This document shows, piece after piece, positions 56,773-64,000 of a stretch of DNA of 64,000 nt; the first letter of the stretch is position 1, and each line of letters starts with the position of its first letter. Location: the NCBI GenBank assembly GCA_965246885.1, contig OZ251992.1:3072001-3136000 (forward strand), in the 5' to 3' direction. The stretch is from Abditibacterium sp. (GTDB taxonomy: Bacteria > Armatimonadota > Abditibacteriia > Abditibacteriales > Abditibacteriaceae). The notes below the pieces were generated by a model that was given only the letters and a program-made list of their open reading frames with translations, did no database searches and was not told the DNA's origin. The position numbers and the translations under genes are program-made.

Positions 56773-57621
56773 TTAAAAGAGCGTGCCCTGCTCTCCATCG
56801 AAAGCGAGAGTTCCATCTTCGCTTGGCGAGGGGCGTCCTCGTCGAGTTGGAAATGGAACCGAAGGCGGCGCAACGCGCGGAAACTCCGGCTCGAAGCTCC
56901 AAACTTGGCCGAAGCACTTCCACAGTTCGCAGTTCGCTTGAATGGGATTGTCAACGCGCGGAACGGTGACGAGCCAGCGTTCTAACTCCCATTTTTTATT
57001 TTGGATCGAGAACTGGCGCGGCAAGCTCGCCAGAATGCCGCCACCCTGCACACCCGAAACGGCTCCACTGGCGAGTTCTTGCGTGGATTGCGGTGTTTCC
57101 TCGCCCAACACCTCCATGTCAATGCCGTCATCGCTTTCTCCTAAATAGAGCGGCCAAGCCGGAGTCTTGAAAGCGGCTTGCAAATCGCGCGAGACTTCGG
57201 GCGAACAAAGGACGCCGACGGTGTAAATAGGCTGGATTAACTTCTGCCGGATGATAGGTGTAGAAGTCCACAATGCGTCATCTGGCGGCAGTTCTCCACG
57301 CGCTCTAATCCTATCCAGAGCCGCGACCTTTTCCGCTTTTTTACTGGCAGGTGTTTTGGACAGCGTATCCTCCGATGCTTTTTTCCACGTCGAATAAGTT
57401 TCGACCAGTTCACCCGCACGCGTTACAGCGATGGCGAAGCGCACTTGAGCGCGCCGCGAAACATCGTCTTGCGCCATTCCAAGCGCCGCCGCGCACAAAC
57501 CGTAAAGAGTAGTCGGCGGCGGTAAAGGAAAAGTGCGGTGAACGTTCGAGGTGAGAGGGTCGCGGAACGAACACCAGAACGGCACATGGATTCGGAGTCC
57601 CAAGCAAACATCGTGTTCCAT
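56773..57621 (-). CDS. cas5: Cas5
   Basis: SFR.P......TFPLPPPTTLYGL..AALG and LYLGESD motifs. Confidence 0.92.
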   Translation of the reverse strand: MEHDVCLGLRIHVPFWCSFRDPLTSNVHRTFPLPPPTTLYGLCAAALGMAQDDVSRRAQVRFAIAVTRAGELVETYSTWKKASEDTLSKTPASKKAEKVAALDRIRARGELPPDDALWTSTPIIRQKLIQPIYTVGVLCSPEVSRDLQAAFKTPAWPLYLGESDDGIDMEVLGEETPQSTQELASGAVSGVQGGGILASLPRQFSIQNKKWELERWLVTVPRVDNPIQANCELWKCFGQVWSFEPEFPRVAPPSVPFPTRRGRPSPSEDGTLAFDGEQGTLF

Positions 57622-57633
57622 GAAAGGTTTGGG

Positions 57634-58554
57634 TTAAACAACCGCGTCGGCGACTTTTTGCAACGTAGCGACGGGGAAGCCGGTCACAATGCCCAACGTT
57701 TTGCACAAGTCGAGCAAAGCGGCATCGTTGGTGACGACATTTGGCGTGTGGCCCAGAAAAAGTTGCGCGCCGCTCAATTGTTTTAGGTCGTCCGCAACAG
57801 CTTCAAGAGTTCCCAAATCGGCGGCTCCGTTTTCATCGAGTTCGAGAACGCGCAAGCCGCGCTGGGTGTATTCGGGCAATACGGCGGCAAAAAACACGTC
57901 TGGCGAGAAAGACGTGGCATTGCGCGCTTGTTTGGCAAAATCGCCCATGCGGGGTAACGCCATTAAGATGGCTTTGATGCGTTTGAGGCGCTCAGCCTCG
58001 TCTATCTCATCCTTCCACTCGCGCTTGGTAATAGTCTTGGTCGCAGCGTTGCCTTCAATAACCAGCTTGCGTCCTACAGCATGGACGTCAATCGTCATCC
58101 CCGTGCGAAATACGTTTTCGGCGAGTTGAACGTAGGCCAAACGCTGGTCTTTGGTGGATTTCTCGTCACTCTTTTCCAAGTCACTCATGCGAAGCAGCAA
58201 GTCAGTGACGATCTCGCCGTCCAGCTGCGCGAGCGCGGGCGTGCATTTGATCGGCGACCAACGACGGTCGCTTCCCTCGCCTTTGCGCGGCGACAAGTAA
58301 CCGAAAAGGTCGCACAACCAATCCTCCTTGATGTCTCCGGTTGGCGCTTCAGGCGTGGATTTAAAGCAACTGGGGTTGCCACGTTCGATGGCTTCGCGTA
58401 AAGCGTGACGCACTGATTGCCCCGAAGCGTAGGGGCGCTTGCCGGAGCGATACATTTTTAGCTCCACGACGTTGCCACCACCGCCCTCGCCGGAGTTGAG
58501 GTTTGATAAATCGACTTTGGAAAGCCATGTGACTGTGACGCATTTGGTATTCAT
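57634..58554 (-). CDS. cas7: Cas7 (Cst2/DevR-like)
   Basis: SNLN.GEG...GN...LK, SGQS.RHALRE, DLFGY and R.SP motifs. Confidence 0.92.
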   Translation of the reverse strand: MNTKCVTVTWLSKVDLSNLNSGEGGGGNVVELKMYRSGKRPYASGQSVRHALREAIERGNPSCFKSTPEAPTGDIKEDWLCDLFGYLSPRKGEGSDRRWSPIKCTPALAQLDGEIVTDLLLRMSDLEKSDEKSTKDQRLAYVQLAENVFRTGMTIDVHAVGRKLVIEGNAATKTITKREWKDEIDEAERLKRIKAILMALPRMGDFAKQARNATSFSPDVFFAAVLPEYTQRGLRVLELDENGAADLGTLEAVADDLKQLSGAQLFLGHTPNVVTNDAALLDLCKTLGIVTGFPVATLQKVADAVV

Positions 58555-58560
58555 GGGAAT

Positions 58561-60165
58561 TTAGGATTTGGCGGCGGCTTGGCCGAGGTTTTTGTTGAAA
58601 GCGGCGAGAGAGGCGAATAGCGAGATGGTTTGCGAGGCTGCGGCCCAGTTTGGGGTATGCGTTAATTCCAGAACAGCGCGGAATTGCTCTGGCGAGATGT
58701 GCCACAAGTCGCTGCGTTCGTCGCCATTGGAAGCCTTCATCAGGCGAAAGGCGAATAGTTCGAGGTTTTCACGCAGATCGGATGGTTTGGCGCTGTTGTG
58801 CAAGCGCGAGAGCAAGGTGACATCGCGGCAAAAAGCGTTGCCAGCGAGTTCGCCGATCTTTCGGCAGGCGGTGAGTTGTTCATCGGTCATGATTTGGAGT
58901 TGTTTCGCAAAATGGGCGAAAAAGTGAGGTAGCAAACCTGTAGCACGACGATTCGATTTCGTCGCGTCTCCAGTTTGTTTATAAAGCAGGAAAGCGCACC
59001 GTTCGAGGTCGTGCCAAAACGACAGAGGTTGTTTGTGGAATAGAGCGGCAGAAATGTGGCTTTGAATTGGCGTATTCTCCAATCTGACGCCGCTTAAACA
59101 ATCGCGCACGAAGGCGACTTTTGATTGGTTAGTCCATTTGGCGGGCGGATCAATCGGATCGAGTAGCGGAAAAACCGTCTTTGGAACTTCGATGTGATGG
59201 ATAACGCCAACGTTGACGTTAGTGCTACTCGAATAATTGATAGCGAGCCAATCGTTGAGATCGCGCACATCATCTTCGCCCAAATCTTCGGATGAACGTG
59301 TCGGCGCCAAGCGACTTTGGAGCGCGTCGAGCAACGTTAAAAGCTGCGCTTCTTCGCCATCACCGCGCAACGGCAAGTTGCGGTACATTTCGCCACTGGG
59401 CGTGTCGGGATGCACCAGAGCACGGTATTTAAGGTGTTTCCACAACCGGATAGCACGCTCAAACGGCACATTTTCAGGCAAATACAACGTGCAATCGCCT
59501 GTTGGGTCTTTAACAAAAGGCTTACTCGCACTCACGGAGGCCAAAAAGCAGGGCAAAAGAAACTGCGCGCTTTCAGTGCGTGCGGAGTTGCCCGATGAAG
59601 GGCCGCGCAACTTGCCATTAGAATGGTGTTTAGCTGCCAAAGGGTTGGCGCCTTGGGAAACGTCGCCAGTCTCGCCTGAAGTAACGGCCAACGTCCCAAT
59701 TTCTTCAAACGAGTCTTTGCCACCGCCGACCGAAAGCAAGGCCGCCAGTGCATTCGGAGTTAGTGGAATGTTGGAAATACGCTGCGCTTTGTTGCGTGCA
59801 TTTGCTGGCAGGTTTCCGGTGCAACTGTTGACTTCCCATTCCTCCTTGGAAACCTTCGGGTCGCACTTTTCACCAGCGACGCGCCGCCCGTTTTGAACGG
59901 AGGGAGCGCAACGCGCGATTTTCTTCCCTTCTTGGAAACGCGGGTGCAAGTCGTTCCATCGGTCGAACGCTGCCATCTGCTTTTGAATGGCCTCTCCAAA
60001 TTGTTGGGGAGAAATATTCGCTTCAAAATCGAAACCCGCCGCGTCTGGTTGCCCTAAATTAATAACCTTGCCCTGCGGCCATTCGCACGCTTGGAGCAAG
60101 TCGTAAAGTTCGCACAGCCCCCAATCGTGCCAAGGGTCGCCAGTCTGTCGCCATTGCATTCTCAT
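58561..60165 (-). CDS. Putative divergent Cas8 large subunit
   Basis: Lies between cas6 and cas7 with ATGA coupling to cas6. N-terminal TGDPWHDWGL resembles the TG.P..D.G motif of Cas8a/b. Helical C-terminus. Confidence 0.72.
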   Translation of the reverse strand: MRMQWRQTGDPWHDWGLCELYDLLQACEWPQGKVINLGQPDAAGFDFEANISPQQFGEAIQKQMAAFDRWNDLHPRFQEGKKIARCAPSVQNGRRVAGEKCDPKVSKEEWEVNSCTGNLPANARNKAQRISNIPLTPNALAALLSVGGGKDSFEEIGTLAVTSGETGDVSQGANPLAAKHHSNGKLRGPSSGNSARTESAQFLLPCFLASVSASKPFVKDPTGDCTLYLPENVPFERAIRLWKHLKYRALVHPDTPSGEMYRNLPLRGDGEEAQLLTLLDALQSRLAPTRSSEDLGEDDVRDLNDWLAINYSSSTNVNVGVIHHIEVPKTVFPLLDPIDPPAKWTNQSKVAFVRDCLSGVRLENTPIQSHISAALFHKQPLSFWHDLERCAFLLYKQTGDATKSNRRATGLLPHFFAHFAKQLQIMTDEQLTACRKIGELAGNAFCRDVTLLSRLHNSAKPSDLRENLELFAFRLMKASNGDERSDLWHISPEQFRAVLELTHTPNWAAASQTISLFASLAAFNKNLGQAAAKS

Positions 60166-60842
60166 ACCAAACTCCCAAACCCGCTCCCCGTCAGATGTCC
60201 GGCGCCTACGCACCAGGCGAATTGGACGGCTTCGGGAGGGCCTTCGACGAGGATGGGGCAGACGCTGGCGCGTTTGTAGAAGTCGTCTTTGATGTGGATA
60301 AGGCGGGTTTTGGGCGACTTATAGCTCAGGTCGAAGCCGACGCGGGCGCCTTCGGCGAGGTGGGGCAGGCCAGCTTTGTCGAGTTTGTGGTGGAGGGTTT
60401 TGGTGAGGTAATCGGCGGCGCGGGGGTCGTCGAAGAGGATGTGCGGGTCGTTGTCGCCGTCTTTGTCGCCCCGGATGAAAACCGGGCTGTCGGCGCGAAA
60501 GACGCGGCGCGGGCCAAACTGAGGCGTGCTCTGACTCGAAACTTCCACCACTTCCATGCCACAGCACACGCTCGACGCTTGCAGGGCGGCGGCGGCGATG
60601 TGGCGGAGCAACTTTCCGCCGTCGGGCGTGTCGGGCGCCGAGATGTGCCACGTCGCGCCGCGTGGGAACGCGAGGGCGCCCTCGCGCGCGCCGCCGCCTT
60701 GCAACGAGCCAACACTGTACAAACTAAGCCCGTCGTGCAAGGTGTTCGGGCCAAGCCATCGGTGCAACACGCCGGTCAGCAGGTGATTGTAATTAAAACT
60801 CACCGGCTGACGATTGGGACTCAAGGAAAAATGAAGCCTCAT
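60162..60842 (-). CDS. cas6: Cas6 endoribonuclease
   Basis: LHRWLG.N.LHD..SLY and the C-terminal G-loop GAGHLTGSGFG. Confidence 0.93.
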   Translation of the reverse strand: MRLHFSLSPNRQPVSFNYNHLLTGVLHRWLGPNTLHDGLSLYSVGSLQGGGAREGALAFPRGATWHISAPDTPDGGKLLRHIAAAALQASSVCCGMEVVEVSSQSTPQFGPRRVFRADSPVFIRGDKDGDNDPHILFDDPRAADYLTKTLHHKLDKAGLPHLAEGARVGFDLSYKSPKTRLIHIKDDFYKRASVCPILVEGPPEAVQFAWCVGAGHLTGSGFGSLV

Positions 60843-60899
60843 GGGGGTTGTCGCGGGGTTAAAAAAGCTGATTGTCGTGGGCAACGAAAACCGCCGTGC

Positions 60900-60928
60900 A
60901 ATTTACCCGGAATGGGGGCGGCACGCAA
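60900..60928 (-). promoter_or_regulatory. Putative sigma70 promoter of the cas operon
   Basis: Minus strand TTGCGT-N17-TAAATT, about 60 bp upstream of cas6, with A-tracts upstream. Confidence 0.45.
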
Positions 60929-61012
60929 CCCTTTTTTTGGCGTTTGGCAAGTCTTTTTTGTTACCGCGTTCTGCCCTTTCGTTGGCTCCTCAAATGTTTG
61001 AGACAGAGCAGT

Positions 61013-61180
61013 CTGTCAGCGAATGGCGCGGGCCTGTCAGCGAGTGGCGCGGGCCTGTTAGCGAACGGCGCGGGCCTGCCAGCGAACGGCGCGGGCCTGC
61101 CAGCGAACGGCGCGGGCCTGCCAGCGAATGGCGCGCCTCTGTCATTCGTCGGCGTATGCGCGCCAGCGAGTGGCGCGGGT
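61013..61180. repeat. 21-bp tandem array (8 units, CTGYCAGCGARYGGCGCGGGC)
   Basis: Units start at 61013, 61034, 61055, 61076, 61097, 61118, 61139 (degenerate) and 61160. Confidence 0.9.
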
Positions 61181-61353
61181 AACGGGCGGGAGGAGACCTC
61201 TTACTTCGGAACAATTTCGTTTGTGTTTTAACGATGCCCCTCCCGCCGCGAAAGCGGGAAGGAAGGGACCGACGAAACGCCCTCCGTCTCGTCCAAACTA
61301 ACGCTTCCGACGGACGGAGCGGTTTCTCTTTTCCTGTTCCGGGGTCTTCCGTG

Positions 61354-64000
61354 ATGCAACTCGAACTCTTGCGCCAAGGCGCCCAACTGGCCGGACTGCT
61401 CCCCGGCGCCCCAGTAACAGTAACGGGCGTGCAATGGCGCGGCGCCGATGCGCTCGAACTGTTTTTCAAAGACGCGGCGGGCCGCACCGACTCGCAGATG
61501 CTACTCCGTGAGGACGAGGAGCGGCTGGACATCGTGGGCGAGGCCGGGCGCGCGTGGGCCTACGATGGCGACGGCGCGAGGTTTCGCTTGGTCTGCGAAG
61601 CGCAGCGTATCCGCTTGGCCCATCTGTTCGACCCGCACCTCGCGGTGCACGCTTCGCAGGTGGACGCGCTTCCGCACCAAATCGCGGCGGTTTATGGAGA
61701 CCTATTGCCACGCCAACCGCTCCGCTTTTTGCTCGCCGACGACCCCGGCGCGGGCAAGACGATTATGACGGGCCTCTACCTGAAAGAGTTGGCGATGCGC
61801 GGCGACCTGCGGCGCGCCCTCGTGGTGTGCCCCGGCTCGCTCGCCGAACAGTGGCAGGATGAATTGGCGGCGCGCTTTGGGTTGGAGTTCGAGATTTTGA
61901 CGCGCGACGCGGTGCAACTGGCGCGGTCGGGCAACCCGCTCGCCGAGCGCGATTTGTGGATCGCCCGGCTCGACCAACTGGCGCGCGGCGAAGAGTGGCA
62001 CGCCCTTTTGCGCGACTGCGAGTTCGATGTCGTCGTGGTGGATGAGGCCCACAAAATGTCGGCGTCCTTTTTCGGCGGCGAAATGAAGGCGACCAAGCGC
62101 TACCGCTTGGGCCAACTGCTGGGCGGTGTTTGCCGCCATTTCCTGCTTCTGACCGCAACACCGCACAATGGCAAAGAGGAGGATTTTCAGTTTTTCATGG
62201 CGTTGCTTGACCCCGACCGCTTCGAGGGCCGCTTCCGGTCGGGCGTTCATGCGAGTGATGTGTCCGACCTGATGCGCCGCCGCATCAAGGAGGAATTAGT
62301 CAAGTTCGACGGCACGCCGCTTTTCCCGGCGCGGCGGGCTTACACCGTCCATTACGCGCTCTCCGCCGCGGAAGCGCAACTCTACGAGGCAGTGACCGAT
62401 TACGTGCGGCAAGAGATGAACCGCGCCGACAAATTGGACGGCAAAAGCGGCGCGACGGTCGGCTTTGCGCTCACGGTTTTGCAGCGCCGCTTGGCCTCGT
62501 CGCCTGCCGCCATCCACGAGTCCATCGCGCGCCGCCGCAAACGCTTGGAAACGCGCCTCGCCGAAGCCAAAGCCGGGAGCGGCGCCCTCCCATTCGAGGC
62601 CGCCCTGCCGGACGACGCCGACGACTTCTACGACGAGTCCGTCCCCAGCGAAATCGAGGACGCCGAAGAACAAATCGCCTTGCAAGCGTCGGCGGCGCGC
62701 ACACGGAGCGAATTGGCGGCAGAAATTCGCGCTTTGGAGCGGCTCGAATCGCTCGCGCTCGAAGTGAAACAAGCGGGCACAGACCGCAAATGGGACGAGC
62801 TTTCGGGATTATTAAGCGGCACCGGCGACGCGGCAAGCGAACTCTTCGACGCGCAGGGCGGGCGGCGCAAACTGATCGTCTTCACCGAACACCGCGACAC
62901 GCTCAGCTATCTAACGAACCGGATTCGCACCCTATTGGGCCGCGAGGAAGCCGTCGTCGCCATTCACGGCGGCATCCCGCGCGACGAGCGCCGCCGCGTG
63001 CAGGACGCTTTCACCCACGACAAGGAAGTGCTGGTGCTATTGGCAACGGACGCGGCGGGCGAGGGCATCAATTTGCAGCGCGCGCACTTGCTCGTCAACT
63101 ACGATTTGCCTTGGAATCCCAACCGCATTGAGCAGCGTTTCGGGCGCATCCATCGCATCGGGCAAACCGAGGTCTGCCACGTCTGGAACCTCGTCGCCGC
63201 CCAAACCCGCGAGGGCGACGTGTGGAAAACGCTCCTCGAAAAGTTGGAAAACCAGCGCCAATCCTTGGGCAACGCCGTCTTCGACGTATTAGGCCAGTGC
63301 TTCGCCGACACGCCGCTCCGCCAACTGCTCATCGAAGCCGTGCGTTACGGCGACCAGCCGGAAGTGCGCGCCGCCTTGCTCGAAAAGCTGGAAGGCGCGC
63401 TCGACACCGACCACTTGCGCGCCTTGCTCGACGAGCGCGCGCTCGCCACACAGTCGCTTTCTCTGGAACAAGTCGGGCTAATTCGGGAAGACATGGAGCG
63501 CGCCCAAGCCCGCAAGTTGCAGCCGCACTACATTTCCCAGTGGTTTCAGGAAGCCTTCGCGTCCTTGGGCGGCGACCTGCGCCAGCGCGAGGCCGACCGC
63601 TTCGAGATCGCGCGCACCCCGCTCGCCGTGCGGGAGCGGGGACGAGCGCGGCGCGCTTCGGTTCCCGCGCGCTACGAACGCCTGACCTTCAAGCGCGAAG
63701 CCGTTCACCTTCCCGGCAAAGCGGTCGCCGCGCTTGTGTGCCCCGGTCATCCCCTGCTTGATTGCACCTTGGACTTGCTGTTGGAGCGCGACGGCGATGT
63801 TCTGCGGCGCGGCGCGATTTTGGTGGATGACGAGAACAGTTGCCCCGACGTGCGCGCGCTGTGGATGCTGGAACACGCCGTTCAAGACGCGGGCGTGGAC
63901 AGTGGCGGCGCGCGCGGGGTGGCATCCAAGCGGTTGCAATGGGTCGAAATCGGCGCCGACGACACGCCGCGCGACGGCGGCCCCGCGCCCTACCTCGATT
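61354..64000 (+). CDS. SNF2-family helicase (partial, runs off window end)
   Basis: Manual translation from ATG 61354: MQLELLRQG...LPHQI..VY...RFLLADDPGAGKT...DEAH...LTATPH...LQRRLASS...FTEH.DT...TDAAGEGINLQ...YDLPWNPNRIEQRFGRIHRIGQ. The EGINLQ codon at 63061 is in frame with the start. Absent from the ORF track because it has no stop. Confidence 0.9.
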   Translation, partial: MQLELLRQGAQLAGLLPGAPVTVTGVQWRGADALELFFKDAAGRTDSQMLLREDEERLDIVGEAGRAWAYDGDGARFRLVCEAQRIRLAHLFDPHLAVHASQVDALPHQIAAVYGDLLPRQPLRFLLADDPGAGKTIMTGLYLKELAMRGDLRRALVVCPGSLAEQWQDELAARFGLEFEILTRDAVQLARSGNPLAERDLWIARLDQLARGEEWHALLRDCEFDVVVVDEAHKMSASFFGGEMKATKRYRLGQLLGGVCRHFLLLTATPHNGKEEDFQFFMALLDPDRFEGRFRSGVHASDVSDLMRRRIKEELVKFDGTPLFPARRAYTVHYALSAAEAQLYEAVTDYVRQEMNRADKLDGKSGATVGFALTVLQRRLASSPAAIHESIARRRKRLETRLAEAKAGSGALPFEAALPDDADDFYDESVPSEIEDAEEQIALQASAARTRSELAAEIRALERLESLALEVKQAGTDRKWDELSGLLSGTGDAASELFDAQGGRRKLIVFTEHRDTLSYLTNRIRTLLGREEAVVAIHGGIPRDERRRVQDAFTHDKEVLVLLATDAAGEGINLQRAHLLVNYDLPWNPNRIEQRFGRIHRIGQTEVCHVWNLVAAQTREGDVWKTLLEKLENQRQSLGNAVFDVLGQCFADTPLRQLLIEAVRYGDQPEVRAALLEKLEGALDTDHLRALLDERALATQSLSLEQVGLIREDMERAQARKLQPHYISQWFQEAFASLGGDLRQREADRFEIARTPLAVRERGRARRASVPARYERLTFKREAVHLPGKAVAALVCPGHPLLDCTLDLLLERDGDVLRRGAILVDDENSCPDVRALWMLEHAVQDAGVDSGGARGVASKRLQWVEIGADDTPRDGGPAPYLD

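Overview
GC-rich bacterial chromosome segment. An Armatimonadota/Abditibacterium-like host is my impression from gene content and is not verified. About 1-51.8 kb is mostly housekeeping: amidase, three secreted unknowns, CopA, two NADARs, RecJ, BioU with a KAS/SDR pair, Mdh, tRNA-Met, MiaA, GH26, PdxT, fused AhbAB, FolE2 and double-domain PTPS, Glf, CysJ-like, TrxB, NDH-2, FecR with a CHASE2 cyclase, YebC-PrsA-MazG-Nif3-Zn ribbon, a PFK-like protein, NYN, QueG and tRNA-Leu. After tRNA-Leu is a defence region. It holds a complete minus-strand type I-B-like CRISPR-Cas operon (cas6-cas8-cas7-cas5-cas3-cas4-cas1-cas2) with a very divergent large subunit, an acidic insertion in Cas1 and a small, internally scrambled array. 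A divergent SNF2 helicase gene follows and runs off the window end. Other notable items are several intergenic 21-bp-period arrays, two candidate structured RNAs, a circularly permuted ACP-like membrane protein, a catalytically degenerate PFK, and two genes interrupted by in-frame TGA. All calls come from reading the sequence by eye; no searches were run.
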